In this document: positions 14,208 to 25,708 of the stretch, one piece after another
How positions within the stretch are numbered: position 1 is the stretch's first letter
Layout of the letters: every line of letters begins with the position of its first letter
Source: Chromera velia
Lineage: Eukaryota
Reading direction: 5' to 3'
NCBI GenBank assembly: GCA_018398765.1
Contig: JAHBMJ010000039.1
Span: 1 to 58,491 of the forward strand
DNA length: 58,491 nucleotides
Program-made: the position numbers and the translations under genes
The notes under the pieces: model-generated
The model's input: only the letters and a program-made list of their open reading frames with translations
Databases searched by the model: none
What the model was told of the DNA's origin: nothing

Positions 14208-17200
14208 ATGTCGAGACGTCCCTTCCAGTCTTCTTCCCTTCTGCACTGCTGGAGGGCATTCGAGGAGGCTCTGCTGTGCCCTTCCTGTCACAGCAGCTGC
14301 ACGCATCTTCGTCTGTGCCCCTGCTCTCACATCATCTGTGCCATCTGCTTCTCCAGAGGGTTTGATGAAGTCCAAGGGACAGTCACCTGCGTCCTCTGTC
14401 TGAAGAGCTTCGAATCTGTCAGTCTCTGTTAATATATCGGTCGGTGAGACAGTCGGTCACTTTAGCGAGTGATAGCTGGTCACTTTAGTGAGTGACAGCT
14501 GGTCACTTTAGCGAGTGACAGTCGGTCACTTTAGCGAGTGACAGCTGGTCACTTTAGTGAGTGATAGTCGGTCACTTTAGCGAGTGAGTCAGTCAGCCAG
14601 CGACAGTGGGGGGATGTCTCAGACAGTGACCCAGTGGGTCACTTATTGAGTCATGTGCTCGTTCATTCACCTCTCCCGGCGTGTGTCTTCATTTAGCACT
14701 CATGTTCTTTTCCGCTTCCTGTGAAGGTTTCCTCTGGGGATCCTTAAGCGCGTGCCGTGATATATGTGTGACCTGTGTGTTCAAGCAAGTACGTGCTTGT
14801 TTTGTCTGTGTGCAAGAGTCTGAATGGACTTTCGCTGAATTGGTTGCAGATGAAGGTGGTGAGAATCACCCCCCTGAACAACCTTGTGGATGTCCTCAAT
14901 CGGACTCCGGAGCTTCGTCGGAGAATCGAACAGAGTTTGGTCAGTCTGTCTTCAAATCTTTCTTCTTCGTCGTCTTTGTCTACTTAATATTAGTCTCTCT
15001 CAAACTGACAGAAGCTTAAAAAACCATCAGTCCATCGTTGGTGTGTTTCTCATTTTTTGTCTATCGGCCTGCGTGTTTTGAGCGGGCTTCTCTGACCCTG
15101 TTCGGTAAAACAACGGAGCACAAGCAAGCACACGTAATGGATGTTTTTTTTTTTACTTGCATGATCCTCCAGTCATTTGTGCTGATTGTGTCGTGCAGAC
15201 CCTTGCCGACCAGCAGCAAAGGCTAGAAGGGCAAAGGGCTCCCCACACAACCACCTATGTCCATCCTCCTCCTCCTCACGGCCCCCCACAGACAGATCCA
15301 GCAGAAACGGTCCAGAGAGATCAACCCCCCCCTTACTCAACGGAGGAAGCCGATTTCAGCCTTCTGTTCCCCTCTCAACACTCCAGAGAGCGGGTTGACA
15401 GAACGGCCGCGATGTCGAGCGAATTTGTTGCCCTACCGGGGTGGGAAGTAGAAGAAATCAGGCGGCGGTCGTCTCTGAGCCAGCTGCCCAGGACAGAGAC
15501 GGCGTCTGCCTCTTCTGCTGTTCCGCAGAACAGTCACAGGAGTCAGTATCTTCCTCCTCAGTCGGAAATCCCAAACACCAATTTTGAACAGTCAGGCACC
15601 AGCCAGGAGGCCCCGTTGGGTGTCACTCTGCCACCCGGTTTGGGTTTGGGTTTGCCCACCCTTGAACATCAAAATTTAGATCAACAAAATCTGAGTTCTT
15701 CTTCCCATGTGCCCCAGAGAAATCAGGCCCCTCCCCAATACGGCCCTCGAAAAGTTCTCCGAAAACGTGCAGCTGCACCCGGTGTGGGACCTCAACCTTT
15801 CCCCCACCCTCCGAATTCTCATTCCTTCAGCGGGCCCTTGCAATATCGTCCCGTCCCTATAGCCCCCCTTCAATCTGGGTACGGGAACGATTCTGCCCCC
15901 TCTTCTTCGCGGGAAGGCCTCCCAAGTCGAAGTAACCGTACAGCCACTCCTGTACAAGAACGGAAAGACGGAGAACTACAGCAACGGCGGCAGTTTGTCC
16001 CTCCTCCTCGGCCGTTGTTTCCGCCGCCCCCGAATTCTTTTCTCGGGGACGCACACCCTCGGCCCTCTGCTGCTGCTGCTGTTGTTGCTGCTGCGCCTGC
16101 CACTGGCTTTTCGGCCTCTGGGCGTTCTGCAGCAACGCAACTTTCTCATCCTCCCGGTCTTTGGGGGCAGGGGCAAGGGGGTAGGAGCGGGATCAGAACC
16201 GACGACAGTGCCCCGACAGCTTCGGTCGCAGCAGGGGTAGGGGCACAGGAAGGGATAGGGGAGGCGGCCGCACCGCCTTCTTCTTCTTTGTATGTGATGG
16301 AGACAGTGAAAGGACGGGGGAAAAGAGGGAAGAGGAGCCGGAAAGACGAAATGATCGTCGGGACCTCTCATCAGGGGACACGGACGGAGACGGAGAGACA
16401 CGGAGGGCATGCGGGAGGAGGAGTGAAGCAGCTGTACGATCCTGTCGTGGGGCCTCCTGGGTCGGTCAGTCACGGAGAGAGTGAGGGAGAAAGGGGGGTG
16501 GGTCCGTTTCGTTCGGCCATTCGACTCACGCATGTATTGGTCTTCTGTGTTGATGATGATGATGTGTCCGTGCGTGCGTGCGTGTGTGTGAGAGAGGGAA
16601 GGAATGAGAGGGAGGGAGATAAAAAATGCATGTGCACGATGGTCTTCTTAATTGTTAGTTTGTCCTCGGGGGTCCAAGGAAGGGTCCCCCCTTCTTTCCT
16701 TTCTTCCCCATCTTCGTCAAAGAAATCAGTCAAGACTATCTGTGTATGCAGAGAGGACGCTGATCGTTCCTGGTGAAACATGACGATTGCTTTCCAACTA
16801 GCCGCTTGCTTTTTGAGAATAACAGAAAGAAGCTCGGCATTTCCCGGGAGGAGAGACTATTCCACTCTTATTGATTTCATACAACGAACGTATGGGCCGT
16901 GTGCATGCGTGTATGTTGACGTGAATGTCTGAGTGTCACTGTGATGGATGTGAATGTAACCCCTCGTGCTCACACCGACCAATTATTTATTAATAGCGGG
17001 GATGATGCGTGGTCAGAGAAGCAAATAAATGAACGGGATGATTAATCGATGCAGGTGCAATCTGTTCATCTGCGCTCTTCCCAAATGGGCCTGCGGGGAA
17101 GACATCAAGAGGCTGATTAGGAACTGTTTGGGTGCGGAGGCTGAGGAGGCGGTGCTGGGGGTACAGGTCTACAGACACAGCAACGGTCCGTCAGGAGGAC

Positions 17201-18295
17201 GTGGGAGGGCGGGGATTTCTTTTCTTGCTGCGTTTTGGGGCGGTCGTTCTTTCTTTCCTCATCGATGTGACGACAATCGACTTGTGCTCGGAAGGCGGCC
17301 TCTCCTGTCGGTTTCTCTGTTCATGCTTTCATTTCCGCTCCAGCTGTTTTTCTGGTCTTCTCTTCCCAATCCGGGTTGTTCGTTAGCTGTCTTGCCGGCG
17401 AGAGTGCAGGGTTTCTTTCGTTCTTCTTGTATAGCCTCCTCGTGTCAGTGTGTATGTATGTGTGTGTGAGAGAGAGAGAGAGCTTTCCTGGAAGACCGAA
17501 AGAAGAATTTGCCCCCCTGATGAAATACTGAAATGAATCTGTGCCCGCCCAATTGTTTTTGCAGGGAGGTCGAAGAGTATGGGAGTAATCGCCATGAAAA
17601 GTCCTCGACAAGTCGCACGGACGATCAGAGAATTGTCAGGAAAGGAAATGGTGATGGACCCTTCAGATCCTCGGTCGGTCGGTTTTGGCACCTTTTCTTT
17701 TCTTTTCTTTTCTTCGTTTGTTTGAATGAAGACTTTGTGAAGAAAGAACATGCAAAGAGATGACACATTAAAATGCGTGAGTCAGATAAAAGAGAACCAC
17801 GTGCCGGCACCCCAGCTCATACATCTGTGTGACGACGTGATAGTCTTTCTTTCTTTCTTTCTTTCTTGATTGATTTCTTTCTTTCTTTCTTTCTTTCTTG
17901 ATTGATTGATTGATGGATGGATGGATGGATGGATGGATGGATTGATTGACACACGGAGATGTTTGTATGTGAAAGGGAGCTTCTGGGGATCGATGAACAG
18001 ATAGATGTTTCCATGAACGCATACAACACCCTCCTCTTCACCTACCTGTCAAACAGTTTCTTTCGAATTGAAGACGTTGGACAGACTCTCTTTCCGTTGC
18101 ATGCTGGAGAAACAAACTTGACATCGATGTCTGTGTCAATTCCTCTGCAGGTACTCCGAGTCTGCCCCCCCCCAGTCGAGAAACATTACGATAGTCCCAC
18201 GGAAAGTGGACCTCGAACCTCTCCTTTCTCAGCTGCCGGCTGGGAGCGCAGAGGACATCGCTAGTTTGTCCCTAACGAAGAGAGACGAGTCTTGA
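14208..18295 (+). CDS. RING-HC zinc finger + Pro/Ser-rich disordered region + C-terminal CELF/Bruno-like RRM protein (6 exons)
   Basis: Exon 14208-14417 encodes CPSC...CSHIICAIC...CVLC (C3HC4). Exons 14850-14939 and 15199-~16460 follow. Splicing then gives GPPGCNLFICALP (RNP2-like), GRSKSMGVIAM (RNP1-like, exon about 17565-17672) and RNITIVPRK in the last exon from 18151 to TGA 18293-18295. Confidence 0.7.
14446..14586. repeat. Intronic 23-bp minisatellite (about 6 copies) with an internal hairpin
   Basis: Unit agtga(c/t)ag(ct/tc)ggtcactttag(c/t)g; AGTGAC...GTCACT are inverted arms; there are no unique spacers. Confidence 0.9.
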
Positions 18296-19202
18296 TTGTC
18301 GGACCTGTTTGGATTGCGAATATTTTTCCTTTGCTAGTTTTCTGTCTGTCTGGCTGTCTGTCTTTCTTTCTTTCTTTCTATTCTTTCTTTCTTTCTTTTC
18401 TTTCTTTCTTTTTTTCTTTCTTTCGTCTTTCTTTCTTGCTTGCAATTCTTTCTTTTCCTTCTTTCTTTCTTTCTTTCTTTCTTTTCTTTCTTTCTTTGTT
18501 TCTTCCTTCCTTCCTTTCCTTTCCTTTCCTTTCCTTTTCTTTCTTCTTTGTTCTGTATTTAAGCGGAAGAAAAAAGGTTTCATCTCTCGAAGAGAGAGGG
18601 TACGTCTCACGGCGGCAGACCGGCTGCACGTCTTTCTTGCTAACTTGCAGGACTGGCTTGCGGGTTGCTGTTTCTTTCAGCCGATGAATACTGGGGTGAA
18701 TGGAAGGAGAGACGAGGGGCAAAAAGTTGGTCAGGGTAACACGAAGAAAGGGAAGTCTTCAATGCCTTGTGGCCATGGTTCTGAAATCCATAGAAATTTC
18801 ACCACTCCAGAAATATCATCAGGCATGCAGGCTGGCGCTTGTTGCGCACATCTACGTTCGTTCGGGCCAGTCTGCACGCTATGTGGGCGCGCGATGTTTT
18901 GACTGACTCTGGGGGTTCACAGGGCCTGGGGAAAGGTCGGGGGCGAAAGGAATGCAACCGACATCGCCTTACTGCATTTCACGGTATCTTTATTTTCCAT
19001 ATCAAAAAGAGACAATGAGTCATTGCCGTCTCTGTCTCTCTCAGTCTGTCTCTTTCTGTGTCTCTGTCTGCGTATCTGGGTTTTCTTTTCTGTTTACTGG
19101 CACATTCTCATTCACTTTGGCCTTTTCTGTACCCGCGTCAATCACCACCATCCACACACACATACACCCAATCGTATCGTGTACCCCCTGCCCGCCTGTG
19201 TC

Positions 19203-19321
19203 GACAATTGGGCGTCAACATCGGAGTCTGCATGAGGCTCTGCTGACAATTGGGCGTCAACATCGGAGTCTGCATGAGGCTCTGCTGACAATTGGGCGTC
19301 AACATCGGAGTCTGCATGAGG
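19203..19321. repeat. 42-bp tandem repeat, about 2.8 copies
   Basis: gacaattgggcgtcaacatcggagtctgcatgaggctctgct repeated without mismatch. Confidence 0.95.
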
Positions 19322-20240
19322 AGACGGATGAAAGGATGGATGGGGGGGGTTGGATGGATGGATGGATGGATAGCCCTGTAAATGGGCTGGGTGGTAGGAA
19401 CTGTGTGGGAGAAGAGAAATTAATGTGGGGAGTTTCTGATGAATCGTGAACATCTGCGTGTACGTGCTGATTTCTTTCAGGGGTGCTTGCACGTGCAGGT
19501 GCACGTCTGTGTGAAATGTACAAGACAAGAAGCCGATCCGTTAGAGCTCAAAAAACCCGAGAGCGAGGACAGATTGGAATGGAAGGAAGGAAGGAAGTAG
19601 GGGCGTCCGGTTCACTGCCTGTGTACTTTCTTGTTCACAGAAATGATTGGATGCATGCGTGACTGTGTGGAGGAAAGGCAGTTGGGGGGTGGCATAGATT
19701 AGTGCGGTTGCCTCTCATGTTGGGGGGGTGGCATAGATTAGTGCGATTGCCTTTCAGGCTGGGAGGGGAGGGGAGGTGAGGGGCTTGTACGGGCTGGGGA
19801 CAGAGAGGCAGCTCATTCATACGAGTGTTTTTTTCTTCTTGGTGGTAAATGGCTTCCCTGACTTCCTGTGTGTAAAACTGTGTGGGAATGAAACTTCGTC
19901 CTTCAGTAATAATAGAACAGAAAGGGAAAAGAGGGGCAAAACGAAAGCAACTAACTCATGCAAGCAGAGAGACCTGATCGGAAGGACAGACAGGAACCGG
20001 CAACGACACGGGTCCGGCATGAGAAGAAACAAGAAAGAAAAGAAAAAAAGGAAGGAAGGAAGGAAGCTAAGAAGGAAGGAAACGAGGGAGACTCCGATTG
20101 TACAAAAGTGAACTTTGAATTTATTTGAAGGTATTATGCTAAGTTTCATGATAATCTCTGGGATAATCTTTCTTAGAAAATATAAAAAAAAATATAAGTG
20201 TTATACTATTTAAGAAACAATGCCCAAAGAGGGGTGTAAC

Positions 20241-20404
20241 CAGTGTTTCTAGGACCCGCCGCGAAAACTTGCTCGACCGGCACCGCGCCGCTCCACGGCA
20301 CGTCGCAGGGGCGCGTCGCGGTCCTCCTCTTCTCCTCCAAGTTTTTTCCCCGAAGGGCGCACCGCGGCGTTTACACAGAAACGCCGCGGTGTCTAGAAAC
20401 ACTG
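20241..20404. mobile_element. hAT-like MITE (164 bp)
   Basis: 12-bp TIRs CAGTGTTTCTAG...CTAGAAACACTG. 8-bp TSD GGTGTAAC at 20233-20240 and 20405-20412. An 8-bp TSD with CAG-starting TIRs is typical of hAT elements. Confidence 0.85.
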
Positions 20405-22499
20405 GGTGTAACGTGTTATTTAGTGCTATTACGTTAACGCTATGTGTTAGACTCGCGGCTCGGAGAGCTGGGTGCTGACGTGTATATGAACGCAATTATA
20501 TACAATTATATAAAGCCTACAAGAGTTTAGGATTTGGATTTATATTTCGGAGATCAGTTGAGGCTTTCTACCAAAATGTTACAAAACGATGTTACAAAAT
20601 GCCGAATATCGAATGTGCATTTCTAAGGGTATACCAAGGAAAACGTCTAGAAACATCTGCTTTGTCCCTCCTGTCCAGCCACCTTACGGCGTCCAGACAG
20701 AAGGTAAAGTGAGGACAAGAACCTTAGGAACAATTTAGATAAAGAACGTGAACAACACTCAGTCAGGCAACAGTTTACAGCAGGTTTGGCTCTACATCAG
20801 TTTAAGTTCTAGTTCACGCTTAGGCAGCTCACACTGCCTAAAAGAACTCAGACCCGCGCTAACCTCCTCTCTTGAAGATTTGCTATAGAAAGTATAACCT
20901 AAGGTTTTTTCGTTACTTACTTATTCAAGTAAGCAAGGAGAGAAGCAAGGAACGATCTGAGGGTTGGGTGTACGCGCTGCTAACAGCGGTGTCACCCTAG
21001 CTAAATGCTAGATGAACAAACCTTAGCCTGACCGCGGTCAAGGTCTCGGTTTTGTCATTAGCACTGATCCGCCCGGCCTTTGAACTCCGGGGCGGTTCAA
21101 CCCAGAATCGTTCCTACTAATCCCAAAACTCAAATCTATGCCAACCGTAGTCTGCCTCGCGCAGATATAACCGGGGAAAGATTGGAGAGGGAATCATAAT
21201 TTGAAAGTTTAGTAAAATTTAAGAATTTTACTAAATTTTTATGTGTTTTACCTGATAATGCATAACCAATAAACCTATAGTCGTAGGTATGGTGTCAATC
21301 ATATCTGCTTACGTACGTGTTACATTATAATTAGTATATAACCACAGATGATAAACTATATGGGGCGGGCACAGGGTGGGAAAAAAGAACAGGAGCCGAG
21401 CAACTCACTGACCGTTGTAGAGAAACGATTAAGAATGAGTGTTTCAGAACTTTCAAATATGACAAACGGAAGACCCAACCTACTAAGTCAGGCCTGACCA
21501 TTCCACTGCTTTACTTTTAGATTGTCAGAGCCGTTTTTTCAAAAAAGAAATTGATCTCTTTTTACGGGGCGTGGCCCCCGATCGCAGCCTGAGACATGCC
21601 GAGGCCGTAAAGTACCGGCTGGGGTAAGTTTATGCGCGCTGTTTCTGACAACCCGCGCCGCGCCACACAGCCCTTTTATCTCTTATCTACGTGGGCTGGT
21701 GGCGTAAACCTTCGTGCAAACGCGCACTTCTGCTGGCCGAGCAGGCCTGGCCGTGCGCTATCCACGGTTTCGGGGCTAGACATCTAAGAGAGAGGAGCGC
21801 AAGCTCCAGCTTATCTCAGCTAAGGAGCTGTAGCTTGTCTAAACCTTTTTCCAGTGTGCTACTCCCGCGTGAACCGCATGCTATACGAAGGCAAGCCCTC
21901 GGCCGTACTAGCCATTCACGCTTAAGCAGCCGACACTGCCTAAAGGAACTCAGACCCGTGCTAACCTCCTTTCTTGAAGATTTGCTATAGAAAGTATAAC
22001 CTAAGGTTTTATCCTTACTTACTTGTTCAAATAAGCAAAGAGAGAAGCAAGAAACGATCTGAAGGCTGGATACACGTGCTGCTAACGGCAGTGTTGCCCT
22101 AGCCAAATGCTAGACGAGCAAACCTTAGCCTGATCGTGGTCAAGGTCTCGGTTTTGTCATTAGCACTGATCCGCTCGGCCTTTGAACTCCGAGGCAGTTC
22201 AACCCAGAATCGTTCCTACTAATCCCAACCCTGCACGAGTGGCACGCCGGTGCCTTGCAATGATTGTCATGCCTTTTAAATATCAGACTAATATACCGTC
22301 TAACCGCAAACCCGCGCAAACTGCATGAGCAAAGCATGTTATTATCGGGCCCATTTTTAAACCTGGTCGTATGAACGATGCCATAAGGTACGTAGAGTTA
22401 CCTTTTTTATGCTTCTAACAACCAAATTGATGTAAACATATTGCAAACTAGCACGTTGAATCGTCGTTGATCAAAGGCTAGGATGCAAGGTTCATTTGT

Positions 22500-23593
22500 T
22501 CAAATCCTTTGCAGAGCGTTCACCTGGGTGGTCCACGATCTCTTGACGTAGCAGAGGAACGCGTCGGATTTATTATGCCCCAGGATGTCAATCGCGACAT
22601 CCATTGGAACCTCCTCCAGTGACATCAGTTCGGTGAACCCCCCTTTGCGGAGACTGTGAGTGGAGAGTTCGTAAAAATCAGCATCTGGTATCGCTGCACG
22701 AATCGCATCACTTAATGCCCATCTCCACGTATCCTCGGGCCCTCCAGTAGCTGGTCTGTCTTCCATTTAAAACCGCGCAAGCTGAAAAGCAAATAGCCCT
22801 CAGACGACTTACCTGGACCGTTACCCTCGGCAGGCGTAATACTCAAGTAGTGCTCGATGATTGCGGTGATGGGTATTCCGTCTTTGCCAACCTCTGGGAG
22901 GTACACGTATTGCCCCCTTCCATACGGATCGTTTTTTTGACGAACGATGCAAAGGCGGAAACATTAACCCGGTAAATGAGTCAGGACCCCGTCCTCTGAC
23001 AGACTGTCTTGAAGTAACGATGGAGCTAACTCAATGTCGCACCGTCAAATCCGGCGGATGTCGCTAAACCGACAGGCACCATAAAACTGTAAAACAGCCA
23101 GAAAGGAGCTGCGGGCTGCGGCGAGGGAGGGCCGTTTGGACTAGTGGTAGAGGAGGCAAAGGAACTCTGACTTCGACAGGGGGCGTTTACCTTTGACCCC
23201 CGTATGGTCTAATTGCTTCCTCCAACCACGGAAGAAGTCTCTCAAGCTTGGGTCATGAAAAGGAGGAGAGGGATAGTTGTGGACGCGATGGTACCAAACC
23301 AAGGCTGACCGTAGCTGATTCTTTAATGAAGCCTTCGGTGGGACGGGTTTATTTGCTACGAAGGCTGTAAACAACATCATCAATTTGAAAGGGGAACTGG
23401 CCGGGAGAAACCAGTCAGGGTGAGCCCTTTTAATGAAGTTGATAGTCGATTGGTAATGCAACTTTGTCCCTGCGACCAAGGTTTCTTCGCAAATACGGAG
23501 AGACGTAGGAATCAAGTGTCAAAGCTCAGCTGGCACGGAAGCCAACTCCGCATCCGACTCCCAGGACAGAAGCGGATGAGTAACTCTAGCCAT
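22500..23593 (-). pseudogene. Tyrosine recombinase of the YR retrotransposon
   Basis: The catalytic set is visible: FYGACRFSD (R), RQKNDPYGRG (K), STHSLRKGG (HxxR), ILGH (H), AFLCY (Y). There are several in-frame stops and a frameshift near 22760. The probable original ATG is at 23593. Confidence 0.9.
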
Positions 23594-24163
23594 AATGAAG
23601 CCAAAGAACGATGAAGAACATGAAAGCTAGGAAGTCCCGTGTCAGGCAAAAGGCTCCTATAAAACTAAATCAGTATGCGGAGATCGAAAGTGTGCCAGCT
23701 CAATTATGAAAGAGCTGAGAGGCATCCAAAATGAACTAAAAAGTAAATTAAATTTGACTATATGGCAAGGATAACCAGATGTACATCAGCTTTTAGGCAA
23801 GATAATCAAGCTGAGACTGGTTGAGTTTAAGTTAAATCCACTCATGGTAGTCTTATGCAGCTTCAGAGCTAGAAAGTCACTCAACGATAAACGCTATCAG
23901 ATCGATCTCCAATTTGAAATTCTACTGATTGCTTCCACCATGCGCCTGCATCCGGGCCCAGGAGTTGCTTTCTAACCCTTTGAAACTCAGCTGCAGACAA
24001 AGGCCATCCATGGCCCGTCGGTCCGTACCGGGATCACCAAAGGGGACCCCAAAACCCCCGGAAGGTTCAAAGTTACCTCGCTCTCCAGCATGTGCATGCC
24101 TTGTGCTAGGGGCCAGCACCGGACATGGGAAAGAGTATTTGACGGCCTGGGGATAAATTGAGA

Positions 24164-25708
24164 CTACGTGGTGAAGGGAGCATTTGAAAAGAGGAAAACC
24201 TCAATACTTTCTGCTGTTGTTGCTGCTGCTGCGGTGGCTCGGCCCTCGTCGTTACCTAGCTGTGCCGCCTTGGCTGTCAGACGACGGGCTACTCCCTTGT
24301 AACATACTGGTGAAGGTAACCAGACGACAGGACTGTGTGGGGCCCGTCCCGGAAAGCACACATCCACCAGGGAAGTGGATTCTGTACTAAACAGTGGCTG
24401 AAAAGCCCAGAACTCTTCCATGATATCCCAGTGCGGTGCCCAGCGAGGGCAGCACTCACTGATCTGCTGACAAATCCATCTTTTGAAGGACTTTGCTAGC
24501 TTACGCTGTTTAAACATAGGGAGAGCTGCCCTGGACAAGGCATCTGCTTCCTCATTTTGAATCCCTGGGAGATGAACAGCGGTAATTTCTAACATGTGGC
24601 GGCGGGAGAGGGAGAATAAGGACTCCAAGATGGGGCATATCGCTGGAGTTTAAACATACCCCCTTCTGACAATTGCTACTGAGCAAGTGTTGTCACACTG
24701 AACCAGAATGTTAAAACCATGGAGCGAAGGTGACTTGGCGCCCGGCGAGGCGTGTTGCCGCCGGGGGTCCAGAGCTAAGAGAACTACTCTGAGGGACCTC
24801 TCGATACCCTTGAATTCCCGCCAGTTAGAGTGGGCGGCAGATTGCAGGGCTGACCAAACTCCAGCATAGCGGAGTGGGGTTAGAAGCGACGGGTGGAACA
24901 AAGGACCACCGTCTCCCAAACTTGCTGTATCTGTAAGCAGGATGGTGATGCGTAGGGGGAAAGGGTTAGGTATACGGGGCATGGTGTCAGGGGCCCAGAC
25001 GTTTAACGTCCCTCCTGGTCCCACTGGAAAGAGACGGCGAGAGAGACCCTTCTGGTTTAAAAGTTTAACCCACCATCGCAAATCGAGACCAAGTGCCAAA
25101 CTTGCTGAGTAATCAGAAAGAGGCACGGCCTGATTGCGGATTCTATTCCAGTACGAGGGGCCAACAAATCCCATCCGGTCATGAGGTAATAGGGTGCTTC
25201 ATGCGACAAAATTAACAAGTGGTTGAGAAAATCAATAAGTTTAGCAAGGTCGCCAAACGATGGGGGCGGTTCATTGTCGGAAGGATCAACGAACTTAGCC
25301 AAAAGGCCAAGGGCTTTTGCTTTCTTCTTTTCGGAGAGGGACAAATGAGGTAATGTGCCCCCCTCTCCCGTAGAAACATCTACCTCCAAAATGTCTTATG
25401 AGCGGGCTGGGAGACAGAGCTTCTTTAGGTGGACTTTCTAACCCCATAGAAACTCTAAAACAACCCAAATTAAGATAAGGGCAGCTGAGCAAGCGGCAGC
25501 GGTGGGAGCCACAATCATCCAATCGTCTATATATACCAGCACAATCGGTACCCCAATAGTATAGAAAAACGCTCTGAGACTCATATGCTCAGCAAAGGCT
25601 TGAAACAAAAACGGAGCGACTTTCAGCCCGAAGGAGAGGTAGCCGTACGTGTAAAACCGGCCTTGCCGAAAAGGGTGACGAAACCCCAAGAATGTGCGAT
25701 GGGAAGGG
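24164..25708 (-). pseudogene. Reverse transcriptase-RNase H (5'-truncated, frameshifted)
   Basis: RT: HPSHRTFLGFRHPF...YGYLSFGLKVAPFLFQ...LVYIDDWMIVA. DIRS-type RNase H: LLTDTAS...GVWS...HSNWREFKGI...ILVQCDNTCSVAIVRRG and HLPGIQNEEADALSR. The pieces are split across frames. Confidence 0.9.

Noticed and set aside
14446..14586. CRISPR-like palindromic repeats
   Set aside because: The units are contiguous with no unique spacers, no cas genes are present, and the context is a eukaryotic intron.
18292..18902. Phe/Ser/Leu-rich or Lys/Glu/Arg-rich ORFs
   Set aside because: Translations of (CTTT)n simple repeats.
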